This document shows positions 8,613-16,241 of a stretch of 32,871 nucleotides of DNA, one piece after another. The first letter of the stretch is position 1. The number at the start of each line of letters is the position of its first letter. Origin of the DNA: Candidatus Fraserbacteria bacterium (GTDB taxonomy: Bacteria; Bipolaricaulota; Bipolaricaulia; RBG-16-55-9). The translations under genes were made by a program, and so were the position numbers. Below the pieces are notes generated by a model, which saw only the letters and a program-made list of their open reading frames with translations, was not told the DNA's origin and ran no database searches. Where the stretch lies: NCBI GenBank assembly GCA_037442925.1, contig JBBIPG010000020.1:1-32871 (forward strand). Direction: 5' to 3'.

Positions 8613-8959
8613 AGATCTATCGCAGGCACGTGTTGGTCTGCTGTACGGAAGGCTGTTGCGGCGCGCGCGGCGGCCCAGATATCTTTGAAGCGTTCAAGCA
8701 AGAGCTGGCTCGCCGTGGTCTGGATGATGTGCTCCTCTCGAAAACGCTCTGTTCGGGTGCCTGTCCCAAGCGAGGAGCATCCGTCATCGTCCATCCGGAC
8801 GGCCTATGGTATGAGGTTGCGGAGCACCCTGAGGTCACAGAAATCGTGGCTCAACATCTGATCCAGGGGCAGCCTGTCGAGCGGCTGCTCATTCGGGAGA
8901 TTGCCGTCATCCGGAGCAAAGAAAGGGAGGACGATATTCGATGGATATCAAGTGGATAG
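8609..8959 (+). CDS. Thioredoxin-like [2Fe-2S] ferredoxin (3' part of track ORF 8222..8959)
   Basis: MKIYRRHVLVCCTEGCCGARGG...TLCSGACPKRG..VIVHPDGLWY...IVAQHLIQGQPVERLL; ATG 8609 with SD GGAGGG and ATGA overlap. Confidence 0.9.
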   Translation: MKIYRRHVLVCCTEGCCGARGGPDIFEAFKQELARRGLDDVLLSKTLCSGACPKRGASVIVHPDGLWYEVAEHPEVTEIVAQHLIQGQPVERLLIREIAVIRSKEREDDIRWISSG

Positions 8960-10779
8960 TTGCTATAGCTGTGGCATTGTTGCTGGGGGTTTACTTGCTG
9001 TTGGCTCCCGGTCGAGGGCCGCAGGCGGAGCTGGTCATCGCGCAAGGCGCGGCCAATCAGATTGCTGTTGTCAGTGCGAGTTCAGGGAAGCTAACGAGCG
9101 CACCGGCAGGGCCAGCGGTACATGGCGTTGGCGTCTTGCCCGATGGGAAGACTGCCTATGCTGCCAGCTATGGCAGCAACGAGATCACCGTGGTCGATCT
9201 CACAATGAAAAAGACGATCGCGAAGATCGACGTGGGAGGCAAAGCGCATCATATCACCGTCTGTCCCCACGGCAAGCATGTCTTTGTGACCGTTGGCGAG
9301 GCCAACTCCGTCGCCGTGATCGATCCCACTTCGAACAGCGTGATCAAGCAGATTCCCGTGGGAGAGATGCCCAGCTATACGGTCCTGACGCCGGATGAGA
9401 CCAAACTCTACGTCACGAACATGAATTCTAACACCGTCTCCGTAGTTGACACAGGGCAACTGAACGTCATCGCCACCGTGAACGTGGGGAAGAGCCCCGA
9501 TCACGTGGCCGTGACTCCTGACGGGCGATTCGTCTACGTCACGAACAAAGATGACAATAGCGTGAGCGTGATTGACCCGAGCAATCAAAAAGTCATCATG
9601 ACGGTCGCGGTGGGCCCGGGGCCACATGGGGTCGCTGCCACAGCCAAATACGTGTATGTAGGCAATCGGGGATCAACCACGCTCTCTGTGATCGACATCG
9701 AGAAGAACCAAGTCCGCGGCACAGTGGAACTGGGAACGAGCCCGGAGCATCTCACGGCCTCAGCCGATGGGAAATATCTTTACGTGGGCAGCATCGCGGA
9801 TCAGAGTGTTCTCATCCTGGATACGGCCAGCAATCGTGTGGCGAAAAAACTCAAGGTCAATTCAGAGATTCATCAAATCGCGCTGATCGAAGCTCCCCCT
9901 GCCCATCAGCATGCGACAAGCACGTCCCCTCAATCTACTAGAACGCTCACGGAAGCGGATCTAACCCGCACGACCAAAGGAGCCAGCATCGACGTGGTTG
10001 TCATCTTCATGAACCCGCTGATGAAACCAGAAGAGAGCCAAAATCAGCTCCGTTTTAAGATCACACTGGACACGCACTCCGTCGACTTGATGCAATATGA
10101 TCTCACGAAGCTGGCCGTCGTGCGCACGAGCGCAGGAGTCAGCGTTGAATCGGGCTTCCGCTGGGAAGCGGGCTCGGAATCTTCTCACCACCGCTCGGGC
10201 GTTTTGAAGCTCGCCAACCAGCTTGACGGCAAAACGATCTTCGATGAGAGCAGCGAGTATGTCGAACTGGAGCTTAAGGAAATCGGTATTCCCTCGAGAA
10301 CCTTCAAATGGACAAAGCAGGAGCTATCGGCTCAGCCTCTTAGCGAAGCCGAGCTGATTCTTCAGCAGGTGCATCATGAGATCATCCCCGCTGAGGGCAG
10401 CTCCACAGCTTATGGGGTTACCTTCAGCGATGCAGGCTATCAAGCCTTGGTGACCAAGAACAAAGAAGTGCGCTTGTCTGCTGACAAAGTAGCGACCTTC
10501 GAGAGTCTGGATCTCAGCCTGCCCTGCTGTGACTTCAAGAACCCCAGCGCGAACGAATCGCAGAATTGCGCCTGTGAACACCATCAGATGCTCTATGGTT
10601 TGAGCAAGTCTCTGCTCGCGCAGAACTATGAGCCAGAAGAGATTCAAGCAGAAGTCGGACGCTGGCATCACTACTTATACCCCAAGGAGTCACTACGGGC
10701 AGAGATGGAGCGGCGCGGACAAGTTGATTCCAAGATCAAGGAAGCACTAGAGGAACTCAAGGCCAAGGGGAAGTGCTAA
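8941..10779 (+). CDS. Membrane-anchored or secreted YVTN beta-propeller fused to two further His/Cys-containing domains
   Basis: N-terminal hydrophobic helix; LYVTN and VYVTN blades to about aa 315; middle domain with LDTHSVDL and SSHHRSG; C-terminal domain with LPCCD, NCACEHH and terminal GKC; SD GGGAGG. Confidence 0.88.
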   Translation: MDIKWIVAIAVALLLGVYLLLAPGRGPQAELVIAQGAANQIAVVSASSGKLTSAPAGPAVHGVGVLPDGKTAYAASYGSNEITVVDLTMKKTIAKIDVGGKAHHITVCPHGKHVFVTVGEANSVAVIDPTSNSVIKQIPVGEMPSYTVLTPDETKLYVTNMNSNTVSVVDTGQLNVIATVNVGKSPDHVAVTPDGRFVYVTNKDDNSVSVIDPSNQKVIMTVAVGPGPHGVAATAKYVYVGNRGSTTLSVIDIEKNQVRGTVELGTSPEHLTASADGKYLYVGSIADQSVLILDTASNRVAKKLKVNSEIHQIALIEAPPAHQHATSTSPQSTRTLTEADLTRTTKGASIDVVVIFMNPLMKPEESQNQLRFKITLDTHSVDLMQYDLTKLAVVRTSAGVSVESGFRWEAGSESSHHRSGVLKLANQLDGKTIFDESSEYVELELKEIGIPSRTFKWTKQELSAQPLSEAELILQQVHHEIIPAEGSSTAYGVTFSDAGYQALVTKNKEVRLSADKVATFESLDLSLPCCDFKNPSANESQNCACEHHQMLYGLSKSLLAQNYEPEEIQAEVGRWHHYLYPKESLRAEMERRGQVDSKIKEALEELKAKGKC

Positions 10780-10785
10780 GGCGCG

Positions 10786-11478
10786 ATGGCGGTTGATGCT
10801 TCGTTCGCAGCGATACTAGGGTTGGGACTTCTTTTGGGCATGAAGCACGCCCTCGATGCCGACCACGTGGTGGCCGTCTCCACCATCGTCGTTGAGAACC
10901 GAAAACTCTGGCGCTCTTCCCTCATTGGGGCCTTCTGGGGCCTCGGCCATACCCTCACGCTGCTGCTGGTGGGTATCGCGATCTTATTCTTTAAACTCGC
11001 AATTCCCGAAAAATTGGCACTGGGCTTTGAGTTTGCCGTTGGCGTCATGCTGGTGATTCTTGGCCTGCTTGTCGCTCGAAGAATTATGCGCCATCGCTGG
11101 CACCTCCATCCTCATGAGCATGAGGGGCAGAGCCACCTGCACTGGCACTCTCACACAGACACACCGGAGCACCACCACGCGCATCTTTCGATGAAGTCGC
11201 TATTGGTGGGAATGGTTCACGGGCTGGCAGGCAGCGCGGCACTGATGCTGCTCGTGTTGACCACGATGAAATCCGTCGGGCAGGGGATTCTCTATATTTT
11301 GGTCTTCGGTGCGGGCTCCATTGGGGGCATGATGCTCCTCACGACGGCCATCAGTTTGCCGTTTCTGTGGGCGGCCCGCCTCGAAGCGGCCCATCGGGCT
11401 ATTACGGCAGTGGCGAGCTTAGTCAGCATAGGCTTAGGGCTCACGATCATGTACGAGACTCTGCAAGCCTTCCGATGA
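10786..11478 (+). CDS. UreH-like/NiCoT-related nickel/cobalt permease
   Basis: GMKHALDADHVVAV, WGLGHT, His-rich loop HRWHLHPHEHEGQSHLHWHSH and GMVHGLAGSAAL. Confidence 0.88.
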   Translation: MAVDASFAAILGLGLLLGMKHALDADHVVAVSTIVVENRKLWRSSLIGAFWGLGHTLTLLLVGIAILFFKLAIPEKLALGFEFAVGVMLVILGLLVARRIMRHRWHLHPHEHEGQSHLHWHSHTDTPEHHHAHLSMKSLLVGMVHGLAGSAALMLLVLTTMKSVGQGILYILVFGAGSIGGMMLLTTAISLPFLWAARLEAAHRAITAVASLVSIGLGLTIMYETLQAFR

Positions 11479-11504
11479 AGAAAAGAGATGTTAAAGGAAG
11501 CGTC

Positions 11505-11864
11505 ATGGAAAGCGAAGGACAAAGTCAAAGAGAGCCGATACAGCGAGCACCTAAGCCCCTGGGGATCTACGCCATACTAGAGGCTGTGATCTTGATGGTC
11601 CTCGTCGTGACCTACGTTGACGTTCAGCCCCGCAGATCCCAAGATGCTTTACGTTTATGTCCCCGACCGTGGATTGCTCACGAGTCGCGATGGCATGGCC
11701 TCGTTTGAGAAATTGGAACCAGGCCTTCCCAAAGACGCTTCGATTGGCTATCTGGCCTTCGACCCCAAAACCCGAGCACGATCTACGCTGCCACGTATAA
11801 CGCCGCCATCTACAAGTCCGTTGACACAGGAACAAGTTGGGTGTTGCTCAAACCGAGCAACTGA
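11505..11864 (+). pseudogene. Remnant of a membrane-anchored BNR/Asp-box beta-propeller (internal deletion plus frameshifts)
   Basis: Three frames: TM segment LGIYAILEAVILMVLVVTY; LTFSPADPKMLYVYVPDRGLLTSRDGMASF...LAFDPK; then, after the A4 run at 11767-11770, PSTIYAATYNAAIYKSVDTGTSWVLLKPSN-stop (SxDxGxSW Asp box). Confidence 0.75.
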
Positions 11865-11894
11865 GAACGAAACTGAAATGACAGGGCTGGGGGC

Positions 11895-11923
11895 TTGACA
11901 AGGGCAACCGTTTATGCTATAGT
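11895..11923 (+). promoter_or_regulatory. Sigma70-type promoter with extended -10
   Basis: TTGACA (11895-11900), 17-bp spacer, TG at 11915-11916, TATAGT (11918-11923). Confidence 0.82.
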
Positions 11924-11926
11924 AGT

Positions 11927-11958
11927 TTCGCATTCTCGAAATTAGTAATTAATGCGAA
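11927..11958. promoter_or_regulatory. Inverted repeat over the predicted +1, candidate repressor operator
   Basis: TTCGCATT-N16-AATGCGAA perfect 8-bp arms around an AT-rich spacer; ArsR gene in the downstream operon. Confidence 0.6.
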
Positions 11959-11979
11959 TGAAAGGCATGCGATGAATCT

Positions 11980-14388
11980 ATGCGCCCTAAAGTGACCCGC
12001 TGGCCCAACTTGACAGAACTATCCCTCAATTACCCCAAAGCCGTCATCCTGGTTATTCTAGCGATCACAGTTCTCTTCGTGGCACAACTGCCCAAAATCC
12101 GAACCGACACGGACCCCAAGAACATGCTGCCCGCGACCTCTCAAGTACGGGTCTATAATGACCAAGTCGACAGATGGTTCGCCCTCCACAAGGACACAAT
12201 CGTCTTGGGCATTGTGAACGATCAAGGAATTCTCAACCCTGAAACCCTAGCGCGCATCGCGCGCCTCACAGACGAGATCTCCAAGCTCAAAGGGGTCGTG
12301 GCCCGGGATGTGACCAGCTTCACCACAGCCGACAACGTCACCGCCGAGGGAGATCTCCTCACAGTCAAGCCTCTCGTGAGCAAGGTCCCGCAAACGACAG
12401 AAGAATTGGAGACGCTGAGGAAGATGCTCTATGAGAACCCCCTCTTCTTGGAACGACTCATTTCCCAGGATGGGAAGACGACAGCCATCTATATCCCCCT
12501 AGAGCCCACGGCCAATGGCAAGGAGATAGCCGATGAGATCAGAAAGCTCCTGGCCAAAGAGAAGGGACCAGAGAAGTACTATTTGGCAGGAGATCCGATT
12601 GCCCGCGACACCTTCGGCGCCCAGATGTTCTTGCAGATGGCTCTCTTCTCCCCTCTGGCAGGCCTCATCATGTTCCTGGCGCTCTACCTGATGTTCCGCA
12701 ATCTTACCTTGACGGCCGCCATGATGGCCGTGGCCATGATCAGCATCGTCTGGAGCATGGGGCTTCTCATCGGCTTAGGATTCTCGGTACACATCATGAG
12801 CTCGATGATTCCGGTCTTTCTGATCGCCATTGCCACGGACAGTGTTCACATCTTCAATGAGTTCTACTTCCGCTTTCACGAGCTTGGGCACCAGCAGAAA
12901 AAGCAGGCCATCTTGGACACGATGCGGGTGGTGGGGCCACCGGTACGCTATACGGCGCTGGCCACAGCCATAGGCTTCGCGACACTCTCGCTGGTGGGCT
13001 TCGTCGCTCTCAAGGCGGGGCATCTCCTCCCCATCAAGGGCGCTATCGAGCCTGTGATGGTTTTCGGGCTATTTGTGGCCTTCGGCACAATCGCCTTGCG
13101 CCTGCTGAGCTTCAGCTTCATCCCTGTGGTCATCCTGCTGACACCCGATACGAAACTGCTCAGAGCCTCAGACCATGAGGACATGCAGAGCAATCGCGTC
13201 GTGCGCTGGCTGCGGCACCTGGGCGAGTTTGCGCTCGTCCGTAGGAACATCGTGCTTGCTGTTGGCCTTCTGCTGTTGGTTGCCTCTATCATCGGGCTGA
13301 GCCAGATCCAAGTCAACAACAACATGGTGAGCTGGTTTAAGGGCGGCAGTGACATCCGCCAAGCCGATGCGGTTCTAAACGAGAGGCTGGGTGGGACGGC
13401 CCTGGCATATGTCGTTGCTTCGGCTGCGCAACCCGACGTCATAAAGCAGCCTCAGACTTTGAAGTACATGGATGCCCTCCAGCAAGATCTCGAAACACTG
13501 CCTGTCGTCGGCAAGACGATTTCCGTCGTCGACTACGTGAAGTGGATCAACCAAGTCATGCATCAGGACGATCCGGCATATTATCGCGTCCCCGATGACC
13601 AGTCGACGATCAGCCAATATCTCTTGCTCTTTAGCATGTCGGCCAAGCCCAGCACGCTGGATAACGTTGTCGACTACTCGTATCAGAAGGCAAACATCTG
13701 GGTGCAACTGAAGACCTGGGATGCGGATGCCATGAGAAGCGTCATCGAGCGCGTCAACACTTTCTCTGCTGGCGACGCACTGGCGGGGGTGTCTTTCCAG
13801 CCAGCGGGAGTCGCTTTCTTCAATCTCGTATGGAACGATGAAGTCCTCTACGGCATGCTGGAGGGCTTCGTGCTCGCCCTGGTGTTCATCTTGGTTATAT
13901 TGACCTTCAACTTCCGCTCGTGGCGCTGGGCTGTGGTGAGCTTCATCCCCTTGCTCTTTGCCATTGCCCTGATCTACGGCTTCATCGGCTTTATCGGGAA
14001 GGACTTCGACATGCCCATCGCGGTGCTCTCTACTCTCTCTTTGGGGATGGCCGTCGACTTCGCAATCCACTTTGTGAGGAGATTCCAGCAACGGTATGCA
14101 GAAGAGCCCGATCTGGAGCAGGCGTTGCTCTGGACGGTGGCACGGCCAGGCAAAGGGATCTTGCGCAACGCAATCCTATTCGCCGCGGGCTTCTCAATTA
14201 TGATTTTTGCGAGTCTCACGCCCTACATCACGGTGGGGCTGTTCATTATGGCCATCATGTTGCTGAGCGCGCTCGCGACGTTGATTTATCTTCCGGCATT
14301 GATCTCTATACTGCGAGGCTGGCTGTTACAAGAGCAGCCCGCACCTTTGCAGATGAGTCTATCGACAACTAAGGAGGAACACCTATGA
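11980..14388 (+). CDS. MMPL/RND-superfamily transporter (copy 1)
   Basis: 802 aa with two TM blocks and two large extracytoplasmic loops; DTDPKNMLP, IAIATDSVHI and GMAVDFAIHF. Confidence 0.93.
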   Translation: MRPKVTRWPNLTELSLNYPKAVILVILAITVLFVAQLPKIRTDTDPKNMLPATSQVRVYNDQVDRWFALHKDTIVLGIVNDQGILNPETLARIARLTDEISKLKGVVARDVTSFTTADNVTAEGDLLTVKPLVSKVPQTTEELETLRKMLYENPLFLERLISQDGKTTAIYIPLEPTANGKEIADEIRKLLAKEKGPEKYYLAGDPIARDTFGAQMFLQMALFSPLAGLIMFLALYLMFRNLTLTAAMMAVAMISIVWSMGLLIGLGFSVHIMSSMIPVFLIAIATDSVHIFNEFYFRFHELGHQQKKQAILDTMRVVGPPVRYTALATAIGFATLSLVGFVALKAGHLLPIKGAIEPVMVFGLFVAFGTIALRLLSFSFIPVVILLTPDTKLLRASDHEDMQSNRVVRWLRHLGEFALVRRNIVLAVGLLLLVASIIGLSQIQVNNNMVSWFKGGSDIRQADAVLNERLGGTALAYVVASAAQPDVIKQPQTLKYMDALQQDLETLPVVGKTISVVDYVKWINQVMHQDDPAYYRVPDDQSTISQYLLLFSMSAKPSTLDNVVDYSYQKANIWVQLKTWDADAMRSVIERVNTFSAGDALAGVSFQPAGVAFFNLVWNDEVLYGMLEGFVLALVFILVILTFNFRSWRWAVVSFIPLLFAIALIYGFIGFIGKDFDMPIAVLSTLSLGMAVDFAIHFVRRFQQRYAEEPDLEQALLWTVARPGKGILRNAILFAAGFSIMIFASLTPYITVGLFIMAIMLLSALATLIYLPALISILRGWLLQEQPAPLQMSLSTTKEEHL

Positions 14389-15209
14389 AGAAGATCAAGT
14401 TCATCGTGTTTGTGATGGCTGTCGGACTCTTCACGTACGGGGTGCCATCCATGACTGCCTCGTGGGCGCAAGGGCCTTCGGCTGAGGAGATCATGCAGCG
14501 AGTGGAGGACCGCTATCAGGGCGATGATTTCAAGGCCCAAGTGACTTTGGAAACGAGCCGCGAGGGCCAGACCAAGACGCTGAGTCTGGACATGATGACG
14601 CTGCTCTATGACAGAGCGAACATGAATTACAAGGTGTTGGTCGTCGTGCGGGAGCCGCAGGACTCGAAAGATCTCGCCTTCCTCGCCTGGGAGAACGAGT
14701 ATCCCAAGCCCGATGACTTCTGGCTATACCTACCGGCTATCAAGCAAGCCAAGAAGGTCGAGCCGGAGAATCAGCGCCAATCGCTCTTCGGGAGCATGTT
14801 CAACTATCAGGATGCTACTCGGCGACCCGCCGGAGCCGACACTCATACGCTGCTCCGGACCGAAACGGTAGAGGGCCGCGCAACTTGGGTGATTGAGAGC
14901 ACGCCCAAGGAACTTGCTACCGTGGAATTTAGCCGCCGGGTGGCCTGGATCGATCAAGAGAGTCTGATCATTCTGAAAGAAGAGCTCTACGATAAGCAAG
15001 GGAACCTGCTGCGGGTGCTTCGGGTAAGCCAGCAAGAGCAGCGAACCATCAAGAGATCAGATGGCGCTGACACCGTCGTCTGGCTGGCGGTGACCGCCAC
15101 GGCCGAAAACGTCCAGACTCAGGCGACAAGCACCTACACCTTCAGCAATGTGGAGTACAACACGGGCATCCCTGAGAGCACCTTTGATCCTAACAATCTG
15201 GGAAAGTAG
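14385..15209 (+). CDS. LolA-like outer-membrane lipoprotein-sorting family protein (copy 1)
   Basis: Signal peptide; DDFWLYLPAIKQAKKV, SLFGSMFNYQD, WIDQE..YDKQGNLLR and NTGIPESTF. Confidence 0.88.
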   Translation: MKKIKFIVFVMAVGLFTYGVPSMTASWAQGPSAEEIMQRVEDRYQGDDFKAQVTLETSREGQTKTLSLDMMTLLYDRANMNYKVLVVVREPQDSKDLAFLAWENEYPKPDDFWLYLPAIKQAKKVEPENQRQSLFGSMFNYQDATRRPAGADTHTLLRTETVEGRATWVIESTPKELATVEFSRRVAWIDQESLIILKEELYDKQGNLLRVLRVSQQEQRTIKRSDGADTVVWLAVTATAENVQTQATSTYTFSNVEYNTGIPESTFDPNNLGK

Positions 15210-15225
15210 AGCATGAGGAGGGAGG

Positions 15226-15591
15226 ATGGACAAGGGCGAACTCAGAAAAGAAGCCTACAGGATGCACGCTCAGGTCTGTAGCATCATGGCGAACCCCAAA
15301 CGCTTGGAGATCATCGAGCTTCTGGGTGAAGGCGAGAAATCCGTGGAGGAGCTGACACTCGCGATGGATATCCCCAAGGCTAATGTCTCTCAGCATTTAG
15401 CCTTGCTTCGCCATCACAATATCGTGGCCACGCGCAAAGAAGGGCTGCGAGTCTTCTATCGAATTGCCAATCCCAAGGTGATCCAGGCCTGCCGGTTGAT
15501 GCGTGAGGTGACACTGGAACAACTTTTGGCGGGCGAGCGGGTCATTCAAGCCGTCCGACTGCGCAAGAGGGGAGCACATACAAAGAGGTGA
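15226..15591 (+). CDS. ArsR/SmtB-family transcriptional repressor
   Basis: ANPKRLEIIELL.EGEKSVEEL, NVSQHLALLR and RKEGLRVFYRI winged HTH; SD GAGGAGGGAGG. Confidence 0.93.
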   Translation: MDKGELRKEAYRMHAQVCSIMANPKRLEIIELLGEGEKSVEELTLAMDIPKANVSQHLALLRHHNIVATRKEGLRVFYRIANPKVIQACRLMREVTLEQLLAGERVIQAVRLRKRGAHTKR

Positions 15592-15596
15592 ACACC

Positions 15597-15707
15597 ATGG
15601 AATGGGTTTCTTTCCTTGATGCTTTACGGCTGGGCCTGACTCCATTGACAGAGATCATTGAAAAGAGTGCGTCCAGCATGCTAAAGTTATTGCTTAAGCT
15701 GAGGTGA
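15597..15707 (+). CDS. Small 36-aa peptide (absent from the ORF track)
   Basis: MEWVSFLDALRLGLTPLTEIIEKSASSMLKLLLKLR-stop; SD GAGGTG 6 nt upstream; fills the gap between arsR and the next gene. Confidence 0.5.
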   Translation: MEWVSFLDALRLGLTPLTEIIEKSASSMLKLLLKLR

Positions 15708-15716
15708 AAAGCGCAA

Positions 15717-16217
15717 TTGTCCGTGATGAGACAGGTATTCATCGGCAGTGTCCTCGGACTTCTCCTCTGGAGCGGATGGGGTGATGTTGCCTCCCAAGCC
15801 GAGGCTCCCAAAGTGGAGATGCTCCTGGTGGACGAGACCCAGACGCTGCAGGCTTCGATTCTGGTGCAGATCCTCGCCCAAGCACTGAATAGAACAGGGT
15901 TATTCGAGTTAGAGGCCAAAATCGTCCACGTCCAATCGAGCTTTGACGATCCATTAGGCCCCAACCCCACGGACACGCGATATGAGCTCATTCTCATCAT
16001 TCCCCGTGGTGTCGAAGATGGGTCCCTAAGGCAGTTATGGATCGCCACACAACCCATTACTCATGAGACCCGCCCGGAGTTGGTTGCTGGGATCGAGACC
16101 ATCAAGAGCCTCATTGCTCAAGGAACCGCAGGTCGCTTGGCAGCACTCGGCGTCATGGATGATCTCATGCCCGCTTGGTTTGCCGCCATCTTCACACGGA
16201 ACGGCTGGTTGAAATAG
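15717..16217 (+). CDS. Secreted hypothetical protein
   Basis: Signal-peptide-like N-terminus; SD GAGGTG upstream; start could be TTG 15717 or ATG 15726. Confidence 0.7.
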   Translation: MSVMRQVFIGSVLGLLLWSGWGDVASQAEAPKVEMLLVDETQTLQASILVQILAQALNRTGLFELEAKIVHVQSSFDDPLGPNPTDTRYELILIIPRGVEDGSLRQLWIATQPITHETRPELVAGIETIKSLIAQGTAGRLAALGVMDDLMPAWFAAIFTRNGWLK

Positions 16218-16241
16218 ACTCATCCGGAAAGGCCGAACGGC

